Shown here: positions 9,029 through 18,902 of the stretch, piece after piece
Position numbering within the stretch: the stretch's first letter is position 1
Layout: every line of letters starts with the position of its first letter
Source of the DNA: a virus
IMG/VR virus record: IMGVR_UViG_3300046028_008994
DNA length: 64,000 nucleotides
Strand: one strand, 5' to 3'
Notes under the pieces: model-generated
Told to the model about the DNA's origin: nothing
Databases searched by the model: none
The model's input: the letters and a program-made list of their open reading frames with translations, nothing else
Made by a program: the position numbers and the translations under genes

Positions 9029-11689
9029 ATGTATCAATCAATTTATTATGATAAAGACGAAAAACAATATTATCTAAGAGATGATAGTTGGGAAGGCTTT
9101 AAGGAATTCCAATATTGGCCTACTTATTATCAAAAAGATTATGAAGGTGAATTTGAAACATTAGAAGGTGAACGAGTATCTGCTGTTAATCGTATTAAAG
9201 ATTGGAAAGATACAAGTTATTTTGAAAAAGATGTTGATAGAACCACACGTTTATTAGTAGACCAATATTATGAATCAGACGAAACACCAAAATTCCACAA
9301 TATTGTTTATTTAGATATAGAGTGTGAAATATTAGGTGCATTAACCGAAGAAAGTATTAAACAAGCATTAGCTAAAATAACAGCACTTGCTTTATATGAT
9401 AATAATTCTAAAAAATACTATTGTTTAATATTAGATGAAACAGGTACTATGGAAGAAGTACATGATGATACTAAAGAGGTAATACCTTACACTTCCGAAT
9501 CTGATTTATTACATGGTTTTTTAAATAAATGGTATCAATTAGATCCTACAATTGTTACAGGATGGAATAGTATGTTTTTTGATATACCTTATTTGTATTA
9601 TAGAATAAGTAAAGTATTAGGTACAGATATAGCTAAAACATTATCTCCAATCAATAAAATAAAAATAACACCATATTCAGAACAACCAGTAAGTATTGGA
9701 GGGGTTGCGCATTTAGATTATATGCTTTTATTTAAAAAGTTTATTACTAAACAAGAACCAACTTATCGATTAGGTGATATTGGTACTAAGTATGTTAAAT
9801 TAGGTAAAATTGAATATGATGGTTCATTAGATAATTTATTTAGAGAAGATGTAAATAAGTTTATTGAATATAATGTTCGAGACGTTGAAATTATTGTTGA
9901 ATTAGAGAAAAAATTAAAATTTATTGAATTAACAATTACAATTTGTCATTTGTGTCATACTGATTACGAACAGATTTACTTATCAACAATGTTAAATGAG
10001 GGAGCAATTTTAACATATTTAAAACGTAAAGGAATTGTTTCACCTAATAAACCTACAACAATGAATCCTGCTTTAAGGGATTTAAGTGTTAAAAAAGCAA
10101 AATGGGAATATGAGCAAGGTAATATTACTAAAGAGGAATTAGAAGAAATTATATTCTTAGCAGAATATGCAGGTGGTTATTTAAAAGATCCTATTCCTGG
10201 TTTATATGAGTGGGTTATTGACTTAGACTTTACCTCGTTATATCCTTCAATCATTCGTTCACTTAATATGGGTATTGAAACTCTAGTAGGTCGTGTTGTA
10301 AATGGAGGTAAATTTGATAATCAATGGTCTTTAAAGGAATTAAAACAAATGGATCCTAATAAAGTAGTTGTTATTGAAAAAATTAAAAAGAATAGAACAA
10401 TTGCTACTTCACAAATTACAGTAGGCGGATTAATTAGTATTATTGAAAGTAATGATTTAATAATTTCTGCTCCTGGTGTTATATTCCGTAAAGATAAATC
10501 TAGTATTGTTTGTGAAATTTTATCTGATTGGTTTGCTAAACGTCAAGAATATAAAGATTTGATGAAACAAGCATACAAATCAGGTAATAAAGAGTTAGGT
10601 GATTTTTATAATAGTAGACAACATGCTTACAAGATTAAATTAAATGACGTTTATGGTGTATTTGCTATTAACGGATGGAGATACACAGATGGTAATAAGT
10701 TTATATCTAAAGCTATTACACTAACAGGTCAACGATTAACACAAGAATCAATTAAATTTGTAAATATTTGGTTAAATGAACAATTAGGTACAGAAGATAA
10801 AGATTACATTGTAACATCAGATACTGACTCGTTGTTTATTCAAGTTAAAGATTTAATATTATTCCGTAAACCAGAATTAGCCACTGCAGATCAAGAAACA
10901 ATTGTACAAGAGGTATTAAAAGTTGCTACTGAAATACAATCATTAGCAAATAATTATTTAAATACTTTAGTACAAGAGTTATTTAACATTAAATTTCCTG
11001 ACGAACCACATTATTTTGAATTAAAACAAGAGGTTGTATTAGATAGAGGTTATTTTGCAGGTAAAAGAAGATACGCAATGCATATTGTTAATAAAGAAGG
11101 TGTAACAGTAGATGAACTAGATGTTAAAGGATTAGATTTGATGAAATCAAATTTCCCTCCTATATTTAGAAAATTTGGTGAACATATTATTAATGAAATT
11201 ATGTTTGGTAGAGAAAAAACTGATATTGATAAACAAATTCTAGATTTTAGAACATCAATAAGAACAGTTGATTGGAGAACAATATTAAAACCAACAGGTT
11301 TAAAGAAGATGAAAGAATATATTGCATCACCTCCTATGACTGGTGATATATTTTCAAGATTAGGTAACAAATGTCCAATTAATACAAAAGCTGCTATTTA
11401 TTATAATGATATTTTACGATTTAAAAAGTTAGATAAAAAATATCCAACATTTCAAATTGGTGATAAAATGTTTATAGCTTACTTAAAAGACAACCCATAC
11501 CGAGTTGATGTTGTAGGATTTAATGGGTATAATGATCCACCTGAAATAATGGAATTTGTTGAAAAATATATAGATAGAGACGGTTTATTTGATTCAGTTA
11601 TGAAAAATAAATTAGAATCATTATATTCAGATTTAGGATGGGGTGCTGTAGTATTAAATCAAAATATTAACAAATTCTTTAAGTTTTAG
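9029..11689 (+). CDS. family B DNA polymerase (T4 gp43-like)
   Basis: Exo DIE, GWNS.FFD and YNVRD; pol DFTSLYPS, KIKLNDVYG, SDTDS, KRRYA. Confidence 0.97.
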   Translation: MYQSIYYDKDEKQYYLRDDSWEGFKEFQYWPTYYQKDYEGEFETLEGERVSAVNRIKDWKDTSYFEKDVDRTTRLLVDQYYESDETPKFHNIVYLDIECEILGALTEESIKQALAKITALALYDNNSKKYYCLILDETGTMEEVHDDTKEVIPYTSESDLLHGFLNKWYQLDPTIVTGWNSMFFDIPYLYYRISKVLGTDIAKTLSPINKIKITPYSEQPVSIGGVAHLDYMLLFKKFITKQEPTYRLGDIGTKYVKLGKIEYDGSLDNLFREDVNKFIEYNVRDVEIIVELEKKLKFIELTITICHLCHTDYEQIYLSTMLNEGAILTYLKRKGIVSPNKPTTMNPALRDLSVKKAKWEYEQGNITKEELEEIIFLAEYAGGYLKDPIPGLYEWVIDLDFTSLYPSIIRSLNMGIETLVGRVVNGGKFDNQWSLKELKQMDPNKVVVIEKIKKNRTIATSQITVGGLISIIESNDLIISAPGVIFRKDKSSIVCEILSDWFAKRQEYKDLMKQAYKSGNKELGDFYNSRQHAYKIKLNDVYGVFAINGWRYTDGNKFISKAITLTGQRLTQESIKFVNIWLNEQLGTEDKDYIVTSDTDSLFIQVKDLILFRKPELATADQETIVQEVLKVATEIQSLANNYLNTLVQELFNIKFPDEPHYFELKQEVVLDRGYFAGKRRYAMHIVNKEGVTVDELDVKGLDLMKSNFPPIFRKFGEHIINEIMFGREKTDIDKQILDFRTSIRTVDWRTILKPTGLKKMKEYIASPPMTGDIFSRLGNKCPINTKAAIYYNDILRFKKLDKKYPTFQIGDKMFIAYLKDNPYRVDVVGFNGYNDPPEIMEFVEKYIDRDGLFDSVMKNKLESLYSDLGWGAVVLNQNINKFFKF

Positions 11690-11703
11690 TAATATTTATA
11701 ATT

Positions 11704-12225
11704 ATGAAAGATAATTTTGATGTTCATAAATGGAATAATCAACGAAAACTAACAGAAGCTAATATTTTTGAAATAAAAATAAATAATCCTTTATCATTAG
11801 TAAGATCAAATTTTGACTATGATGGAACTTTTCTATATTTTACCACACAAGAGGGAGGTAAACTATTAAAAAAATTATTACCAATGCCATCACCATCTAT
11901 TTTATCAATTTACTATAAAAAAATACTACCAGAAAATCCTGAGTATCCTAATGTTGTTCAAGAAGCAAAAAAAGCACTTAATGTTATATTATTATCTTCC
12001 TTAAAAGATAATCCTAATATGACTTTTCGTTTATCAACAATTAAAGAAGACTCTTTATCAAATGGTATGGTTGTTGTTTTAGATATGGATAAAGAAAATA
12101 ATAATGAAGAAAAAAATATTATAATGAGAACTATTAATGACGCTTTAAGTTCATCTGTTGATGATGTTTTAGAAGATATAGTAAATGGAAATGAGGCAGG
12201 AGATTATGAAGAATATGATGAATAA
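11704..12225 (+). CDS. protein with MKDNFDVHKW...LTE leader
   Basis: AATATTTATA upstream, hairpin downstream; leader related to the 8669/53149 pair. Confidence 0.7.
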   Translation: MKDNFDVHKWNNQRKLTEANIFEIKINNPLSLVRSNFDYDGTFLYFTTQEGGKLLKKLLPMPSPSILSIYYKKILPENPEYPNVVQEAKKALNVILLSSLKDNPNMTFRLSTIKEDSLSNGMVVVLDMDKENNNEEKNIIMRTINDALSSSVDDVLEDIVNGNEAGDYEEYDE

Positions 12226-12247
12226 TATAATTAATAGATTTTAAATT

Positions 12248-12283
12248 AAGGCTTGGATAACTAAGCCTTTTTTTGTATATTTA
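12248..12283 (+). promoter_or_regulatory. Terminator hairpin overlapping promoter
   Basis: AAGGCTTGG-ataa-CTAAGCCTT, T-run, GTATATTT. Confidence 0.75.
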
Positions 12284-12296
12284 TAATAAATAAGTT

Positions 12297-13037
12297 ATGA
12301 TTAATAAGTTAGATCTTACGGCTATTATTTCCAAGTATTATTTAAACGGCCTAGTTGAAGCCGTTAAATGGGAAATTCAAGATAACAACCTTTCAATTAA
12401 ATTCACTGCACCTGACCGTTCAATGTTAGGTATAGTTAAGCACAGTAATTTTGAAATCGAAGATTCTGTGTTCGGTGTTAATAATACAACACAATTAAAC
12501 AAACTACTAGGTATTACTAATGGTTATTTAGATCTTAAATATATTAAATACAATAATAAGATTACCAAATTAGTAGTATCAGATAATCAATTTACTTTAA
12601 ATTATGCTGTTGCTGATATACAAATTATCCCAAAAGCAGGAGAATATATCGGAGATGATAGTTACAACATCATGGCTGATTTAGATAATGAAAGTATTAA
12701 TGCTATTGTTAAAGCTAAATCAGCTTTAGCAGATAGTGATACAGTTGTATTTAAACCTCACACAGGTGCTGATGGAGATTTACAAATGGAAATGGAATTT
12801 GGTGGAAATATAGAACATTCTAATAAAGTATCGTTTTATATACCAAATATCAAAACAAAAGACTTACCTACAAACTTTAAAGCACATTACAATTCAGATT
12901 TAATAAAAGAAATAATGTATTGTAATAAAGATGTAGCTACAGGTAAAATGGTTATAAATTTAGATGGGATTATGAGTTTAGTATTTGAAAGTAATAATCT
13001 TAAAAGTGAATATTTTCTAGTTGCAAAAGAAGTATAA
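12297..13037 (+). CDS. DNA sliding clamp (gp45/PCNA-like)
   Basis: 246 aa, C-terminal EYFLVA, position between PolB and clamp loader. Confidence 0.7.
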   Translation: MINKLDLTAIISKYYLNGLVEAVKWEIQDNNLSIKFTAPDRSMLGIVKHSNFEIEDSVFGVNNTTQLNKLLGITNGYLDLKYIKYNNKITKLVVSDNQFTLNYAVADIQIIPKAGEYIGDDSYNIMADLDNESINAIVKAKSALADSDTVVFKPHTGADGDLQMEMEFGGNIEHSNKVSFYIPNIKTKDLPTNFKAHYNSDLIKEIMYCNKDVATGKMVINLDGIMSLVFESNNLKSEYFLVAKEV

Positions 13038-13092
13038 GAAAATTTGGATATTATAAAAAATCATCGTATATTTAGTGTAATTAAATTTAGTT

Positions 13093-13416
13093 ATGACAGA
13101 AATAAAAGAACCATCAACCTCCAACACAACAATTATTAGAGATCCTAAAATTGAACCATTTTACATAAGTAAAGATGCTTATTGTTATACTATCTTTAAA
13201 ACGGTTACTCCTGATATAAGATACACAGAAAATAACCAACCAGGTAAAGAATATTCAAAATCATTAGGACATTATAGTAGCTTTGCAAGTTGTTTAAAAG
13301 CTTTAGCAAAAGAAAAAGTAAATGACAATCAAAATTATAGTTCTATACAAGAATATATTGATAAATTTAAAAAATTAGAAACATCAATTAAAGAATTATT
13401 AAACGTAGTAGATTAA
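13093..13416 (+). CDS. hypothetical protein
   Basis: 107 aa ORF with own TTGG-N19-TATATT promoter. Confidence 0.6.
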   Translation: MTEIKEPSTSNTTIIRDPKIEPFYISKDAYCYTIFKTVTPDIRYTENNQPGKEYSKSLGHYSSFASCLKALAKEKVNDNQNYSSIQEYIDKFKKLETSIKELLNVVD

Positions 13417-13424
13417 ATAAAAAT

Positions 13425-13733
13425 ATGAAATTAGAAGCATTATACAACGCAGTTATCGTTAAGCCATTTGAGGCTGAGGAAACAACTCACGGAAACATTA
13501 TAGTTCCCGATTTAGGAAATGAAAAAAACAAACTAGGAAAAGTAGTAGCAGTAGGAGATGGATATTATTCAGTTACTGGTGCTTGGTTAGACACAATTTT
13601 AGAAGTAGGAAATATTGTTGTATTACCAACTATGGGATTTACTAAATTAGAACACGAAGGTGAAGAATATTGGATTGGACCTGAAAATCAAGTATTAGCT
13701 CGTCTCAACAATGAAACAGAAGAAAAAATATAA
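13425..13733 (+). CDS. groES: co-chaperonin GroES
   Basis: ETTHGNIIVPD, GKVVAVGDG; adjacent to groEL. Confidence 0.92.
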   Translation: MKLEALYNAVIVKPFEAEETTHGNIIVPDLGNEKNKLGKVVAVGDGYYSVTGAWLDTILEVGNIVVLPTMGFTKLEHEGEEYWIGPENQVLARLNNETEEKI

Positions 13734-13738
13734 AAATC

Positions 13739-15349
13739 ATGAGTAAAATTATAGAATTTGGCCCAGAAGCCCGTAAAAAACTATCAGCTGGTATAGATAA
13801 ACTAGCAAACGCAGTAACATCAACGTTAGGACCTAATGGTCGTAACGTAGTTATTGCTAATCAAGGTATTCCACAAAGTACAAAAGATGGTGTTACTGTA
13901 GCAAAATCAATCACATTAGAAGATCCAATTGAAGAATTAGGTGTTCAATTACTAAAACAAGCAGCTATTAAAACAGCTGATAATGCTGGTGATGGTACAA
14001 CTACATCTACATTATTAGCCCAAGAAATGGTTAAACAAGGTTTACTTCATTTAAATAATGGAGCTAATGCTGTAGAAATTAAACGTAGTATTGATAAAAC
14101 AGTTAAAGAATTAGTTAACTTTATTCGTACAGATATTAAAGAAGATATTTCATCTGAAGACCAACTTAAACAAGTTGCTACAATTTCAGCAAATAATGAT
14201 CCTGAAGTAGGTGAATTAATAGCTACTGCAATGCAGAAAGTTGGTCGTGAAGGAGTAGTGTTTATTGAAGAATCTAAAAACGGTGAAACTTATCTTGAAA
14301 CAGTAGAAGGAATGCAGTTTGATAGAGGTTACAAATCACCTTATTTTGTTACTGATAATAACACTATGAGTACTACTATTAGTGATGCATTGATTTTAAT
14401 AGCTGATAAAAAATTCACACAAGTTAAAGAATTATTACCAATTTTAGAAGCAGTATCAACACAAAATAAATCATTATTAATTATTGCTGAAGATATTGAA
14501 GGTGAAGCATTAGCTACTTTGATTGTAAATAAAGCAAGAGGAATTTTAAAAGTAGTTGCTGTTAAAGCTCCTGATTTTGGTGATAGAAGAAAATTAATCC
14601 TTGAAGATATTGCTATTATGACTGGTGGTCAAGTATTCAGTACTGAAAAAGGAATGAAACTTGATAAATTTAATTGGGAATGGTTTGGTGAAGCTAGAGT
14701 AGTAACAGTAGGTAAAGATACTACAACATTAGTTGATGGTAAAGGTGAAGCAGAAAAAATCGAAGCTCGTATCACAGAACTACAATCACAAATTGAAAAG
14801 TCAGTATCTCCATATGAAAAAGAAAAATTGCAAGAACGTTTAGCTAAATTTGTGGGTGGAGTAGCAATTGTTCACGTAGGTGGTTTTACTGAATCTGAAA
14901 TGAAAGAGAAAAAAGACCGTGTTGATGATGCTTTACAAGCAACAAAAGCCGCTTTAGAAGAAGGTATTGTTCCAGGTGGTGGTGCTGTATTATTACACGC
15001 TCGTACTAGCATCAATATTAGTGATATTGGTTCACAAATTGTTTATAATGCTTGTGCTGCACCATTTAAGAAAATTTTATCAAATGCTGGTTATGAGCAA
15101 GAAGATATTTATAATGCTGTTAATTCAGTAACAGGTGGTGATTATTGGTTTGGTTGGGATTTAAAATCAGAAGATTTCGTAAATATGAAAGATGCAGGTA
15201 TTATTGATCCAGCTAAAGTAACTAGAACAGCACTTGAAAATGCAGCATCAGTTGCAGGTACTATTTTATTAACAGAAGCAGTAGTTGTTGATAAACCTGA
15301 AGACAATAAAAATGATGACGGATTAGGAAATATGATGGGAATGATGTAA
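13739..15349 (+). CDS. groEL: chaperonin GroEL
   Basis: TLGPNGRNV, TKDGVTVA, AGDGTTT, EGMQFDRGY, GIVPGGG, GMM tail. Confidence 0.98.
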   Translation: MSKIIEFGPEARKKLSAGIDKLANAVTSTLGPNGRNVVIANQGIPQSTKDGVTVAKSITLEDPIEELGVQLLKQAAIKTADNAGDGTTTSTLLAQEMVKQGLLHLNNGANAVEIKRSIDKTVKELVNFIRTDIKEDISSEDQLKQVATISANNDPEVGELIATAMQKVGREGVVFIEESKNGETYLETVEGMQFDRGYKSPYFVTDNNTMSTTISDALILIADKKFTQVKELLPILEAVSTQNKSLLIIAEDIEGEALATLIVNKARGILKVVAVKAPDFGDRRKLILEDIAIMTGGQVFSTEKGMKLDKFNWEWFGEARVVTVGKDTTTLVDGKGEAEKIEARITELQSQIEKSVSPYEKEKLQERLAKFVGGVAIVHVGGFTESEMKEKKDRVDDALQATKAALEEGIVPGGGAVLLHARTSINISDIGSQIVYNACAAPFKKILSNAGYEQEDIYNAVNSVTGGDYWFGWDLKSEDFVNMKDAGIIDPAKVTRTALENAASVAGTILLTEAVVVDKPEDNKNDDGLGNMMGMM

Positions 15350-15360
15350 ATTTAAAGAAA

Positions 15361-15549
15361 ATGAGAGACGCAGTAAGTTTAATAGGAAAATCACTTCAAC
15401 TTAAAGAAGTAAAATACACCATTAGTAGTGTAAATTTTGTACCCGGAACTAATAAATTGTATATTGGACTAGCTAAGTCTGATGGTGTAATGGTAAATTA
15501 TTCATATTTAGACTTATTGCCGTTTCTTATTGAACAAATTAAGTTATGA
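15361..15549 (+). CDS. hypothetical protein
   Basis: 62 aa ORF in operon. Confidence 0.55.
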   Translation: MRDAVSLIGKSLQLKEVKYTISSVNFVPGTNKLYIGLAKSDGVMVNYSYLDLLPFLIEQIKL

Positions 15550-15797
15550 TAAAAGAAGTTAATAAACTAATAGCAGAACGAGTACCACCAGGTGATCAAT
15601 GGACCCTAGTATATGATACTAAAGCTATTATCTATAATTCTATTGCACATACTTTAGAAGCACATTATTGGTTAGCAGATGTTAAACCTAAAGCATTTAG
15701 ACTTGAACCAGCAAAAGGTTTATTATTTGCTATTGTAGATGAAGATATAGAAGAAACTATTGAACAACCTAAAACATTTAACATTTATGGCGAATAA
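15546..15797 (+). CDS. hypothetical protein
   Basis: 83 aa ORF, ATGA overlap. Confidence 0.6.
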   Translation: MIKEVNKLIAERVPPGDQWTLVYDTKAIIYNSIAHTLEAHYWLADVKPKAFRLEPAKGLLFAIVDEDIEETIEQPKTFNIYGE

Positions 15798-16722
15798 AGA
15801 ACATACAATTTTAGTTGAGAAATATAGACCTAAAACATTAGATACTTATCTTTGTGATGATACATTAAGAGATAAATTTCAAACATTTCTTACTGAACAA
15901 GATATTCCACATTTAGGATTCTTTGGATTACAAGGTAGTGGTAAATCAACACTAGCAAAAATATTAGTAAATAATATTAATTGTGATTATATCTATCTAA
16001 ATGCTACCGAAAACAGAGGTATGGATGATATTAAAGAAAAAGTAGGTTCATTTGCTTCTGCTGCTAGTTTTAAACCATTAAAAATTGTTATTTTAGATGA
16101 AGCAACTCATATTCTACAAGCATCACAAGTATTGTTGTTAAATATGATAGAAACGTATAGTTTAACGACAAGATTTATTTTGACAGGAAATTATCCTGAA
16201 CGTTTAATTCCACCTCTAAGAAGTAGATTACAAGAATTTAAATTAACTCCTCCATCTAAAAAAGTAGTTGCTAAACATGTAGTTAATATTTTAGAAACTG
16301 AAGATATTGAATTTGAAATAGAAGATTTAGCAAAAATTATTCATAGTTCATATCCTGATTTTAGAAAAATCATCAATACTTGCCAAAAACATATTGTTGA
16401 TAATGTATTAACATTACCAGGAACATTAAGTAGTAATAATGATTTTAACAAACAAATAATAGATGAATTGAAAAAACCGTCTAGTAAAACGTTTAATGCT
16501 ATTAGACAGATTATCGCAGATAATAATATTTCCTCGTTTGATGACGTGTATAAATACTTATATGACAACGATAATCACTATGCTGTAGGATGTGAAGGAC
16601 AAATAGCAATTATTTTAAACGAGTGTATTTATCAATCAAACTTTAAAGTAGACTTAGAAATAAATTTTATGTCTTGTATCTCTCGTATTATTGAAACATT
16701 AAAAACAAATAAAATTTTATAA
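15787..16722 (+). CDS. clamp loader AAA+ subunit (gp44/RFC-like)
   Basis: VEKYRP, GLQGSGKS, ILDEA, LRSR, PDFRK. Confidence 0.93.
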   Translation: MANKEHTILVEKYRPKTLDTYLCDDTLRDKFQTFLTEQDIPHLGFFGLQGSGKSTLAKILVNNINCDYIYLNATENRGMDDIKEKVGSFASAASFKPLKIVILDEATHILQASQVLLLNMIETYSLTTRFILTGNYPERLIPPLRSRLQEFKLTPPSKKVVAKHVVNILETEDIEFEIEDLAKIIHSSYPDFRKIINTCQKHIVDNVLTLPGTLSSNNDFNKQIIDELKKPSSKTFNAIRQIIADNNISSFDDVYKYLYDNDNHYAVGCEGQIAIILNECIYQSNFKVDLEINFMSCISRIIETLKTNKIL

Positions 16723-16727
16723 ACAAA

Positions 16728-16976
16728 ATGAGCAAACAACAACCACAATTAAACACAAACATTGATATCAAAAGCACAACTGCTATCAAATCACCAGATG
16801 GTAATCAAGTATTCGCTGAAGGTGTAATTTTACGTAAAGTATCTAGATTTATAACAGGTACATCAGAAGACGGAATAATTCCAGTACCAGTATTTTATGA
16901 TATAAAAACGGGTAAAGTATTAGTAGAATTATTACCTAAAGAATTGAGAGCAGAGTTCGAAGATGACAATATTTGA
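16728..16976 (+). CDS. hypothetical protein
   Basis: 82 aa between clamp loader subunits. Confidence 0.65.
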   Translation: MSKQQPQLNTNIDIKSTTAIKSPDGNQVFAEGVILRKVSRFITGTSEDGIIPVPVFYDIKTGKVLVELLPKELRAEFEDDNI

Positions 16977-17373
16977 TTTTTTTAAACAAGTAACTACCGA
17001 TAAAAAACCTTGGTCATCTTTTACCGAAGATGAGCAAAAGGCATTTAATCCTTATATGCTACATAAAATAGTATCTATGACCGAGGCTTATATCGAAGTT
17101 GCTAATTTAGGACAATCATTACCTTATACTGAAAAAGAAAAAATATATAAATTTTATTGTGAATTTTTACCTAAAAAATCTATATATTCAAAATATATTA
17201 AAGGTACTAAAACAAAAGTAAATGAAGATTTATTACAATATATTTCTAAGTATTATGAATGTTCATTTAGAGAAGCTGAAGAATATTTAACTCTATTAAG
17301 TAAAGAAGATACAGTAAATATTTTGAGCAGATATGGTATTGAAGATAAAGAAATTAAAAAACTAATTAAATGA
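16963..17373 (+). CDS. clamp loader small subunit (gp62-like)
   Basis: FNPYMLHK...YYECSFREAEEY; follows gp44-like gene. Confidence 0.75.
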   Translation: MTIFDFFKQVTTDKKPWSSFTEDEQKAFNPYMLHKIVSMTEAYIEVANLGQSLPYTEKEKIYKFYCEFLPKKSIYSKYIKGTKTKVNEDLLQYISKYYECSFREAEEYLTLLSKEDTVNILSRYGIEDKEIKKLIK

Positions 17374-17588
17374 AAGAAGCAGTAAATAATCCAGCACACT
17401 ACGGTGGAGCAGACAATCCTTATGAAGCAATCAAAGTTATTGATGCTTGGGATTTAAATTTTAATTTAGGAAATACAGTTAAATATATTGCTCGTTGTGG
17501 TAAAAAAGATGATGAAATACAAGAGCTTGAGAAAGCAGCTTGGTATTTAAATAACGAGATTAAAAAAAGAAAATCTCGTAATGGATGA
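17370..17588 (+). CDS. DUF3310 family protein
   Basis: VNNPAHY, FNLGNTVKYIAR.GKK, LEKAAWYL. Confidence 0.88.
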   Translation: MKEAVNNPAHYGGADNPYEAIKVIDAWDLNFNLGNTVKYIARCGKKDDEIQELEKAAWYLNNEIKKRKSRNG

Positions 17589-18594
17589 GGCATTAAGAGC
17601 TTATTATGGTTTTAGTACAGGAATAAAAGAAAAAAAACCAAAAGCTAAAAAACTACCTTCTATTGTAAAGGAAATAAAAAAATATACTTTACAAACAATG
17701 GATTATTCTAAACAAAAATCCATTTCATATAGTCAAATGTCTATGTTTACACATTGTCCACACAAATGGGCATTACAATACAAAGACGGACATTATACAT
17801 CAGAGTCGTCTATAAACATGACTTTTGGTACTGCATTACACGAAGCGCTTCAACATTATATTACCACTATATACGATAAAAGTGGCGCAGAAGCCGATAG
17901 AATTGAGTTAAATGAATACTTTGAAGAACGTTTAAGAGAAACATATAAAAAAGATGTTAAATCAAATAATAACGTTCATTTTTCAAATTCATTTGAATTA
18001 GCTGAATTTTATGAAGATGGAATTAAGATTCTTGAATATATTAAAAAAAACAGAAATACACTTTTTAATAAAAAAGGTTGGTATTTAATTGGTTGTGAAG
18101 TTCCTATTTTAACAAACCCAAATCAAGAATATCCTAACATTTTATTTAAAGGATATTTAGATGTTGTTTTATATAATGAATTAACAGGTAAATTTTTAAT
18201 ATTAGATATAAAAACAAGTAAAACAGGTTGGAATGATGATTCTAAAAAAGATGAAACTAAACAATTTCAATTAATACTTTATAAGTACTTTTTTTCAAAA
18301 CAATTTAACGTTTCAATAGATAATATAGATATTAAATTTTTTATTGTAAAACGAAAAATAAACGAAGATGCTGAATTTGCAGCAGCTAAAAGAAGAGTAC
18401 AAGAATTCATTCCTGCAAACGGAAAAGTAAAAGTAAATAAAGCAACACAAGCTATGGATAAATTTATTAGTACTTGTTTTGAACAAAATGGTACTTACAA
18501 ACAAATAAGTCATGAACCTATTCCTAGTCTATGGAATTGTCGATTTTGCCCATTTTCAGGTAAAAATGACTTGTGTTCAAAGGGATTAAAATAA
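17581..18594 (+). CDS. PD-(D/E)XK (Cas4/RecB-like) exonuclease
   Basis: SYSQ...CP, FGTALH, GYLD, DIKTS, QLILY, CRFCPF...C. Confidence 0.85.
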   Translation: MDEALRAYYGFSTGIKEKKPKAKKLPSIVKEIKKYTLQTMDYSKQKSISYSQMSMFTHCPHKWALQYKDGHYTSESSINMTFGTALHEALQHYITTIYDKSGAEADRIELNEYFEERLRETYKKDVKSNNNVHFSNSFELAEFYEDGIKILEYIKKNRNTLFNKKGWYLIGCEVPILTNPNQEYPNILFKGYLDVVLYNELTGKFLILDIKTSKTGWNDDSKKDETKQFQLILYKYFFSKQFNVSIDNIDIKFFIVKRKINEDAEFAAAKRRVQEFIPANGKVKVNKATQAMDKFISTCFEQNGTYKQISHEPIPSLWNCRFCPFSGKNDLCSKGLK

Positions 18595-18660
18595 TCTCAT
18601 ATATATTTATATTTTTTATGTTTTGTCATATATTTATATATAACAAAATAAATAAAATTT

Positions 18661-18852
18661 ATGAGTAAAAAAGACATGACACTAACCTCTGTGAAAATTC
18701 AGAGTGATTTGTTTGAACTCTTCAAGATAGAATGTGTTCGAATGAAATTTTCATTACAAAAATTAAACGATAGAGCAGTTCATTTATATTTGACCGATCC
18801 TGAGTTTAGAAAAATGATTCATTCTCATAGTAATTTAGATACTACTGAGTAA
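18661..18852 (+). CDS. small ribbon-helix-helix-like DNA-binding protein
   Basis: LTSVKI strand followed by two helices. Confidence 0.5.
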   Translation: MSKKDMTLTSVKIQSDLFELFKIECVRMKFSLQKLNDRAVHLYLTDPEFRKMIHSHSNLDTTE

Positions 18853-18902
18853 TTGAATTTGGTTATTAAAAAGAAAAGTTATATATTACCAATACACAAG
18901 TT

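Noticed and set aside
10070-10165. Possible intein or intron in PolB (extra segment before YAGG)
   Set aside because: Only about 30 aa, no C/S...HN splice motifs, and the frame is continuous.
17581-18594. Cas4 as evidence of a CRISPR-Cas system
   Set aside because: Stand-alone PD-(D/E)XK nucleases are common in phage replication modules; no cas1/cas2 or array.
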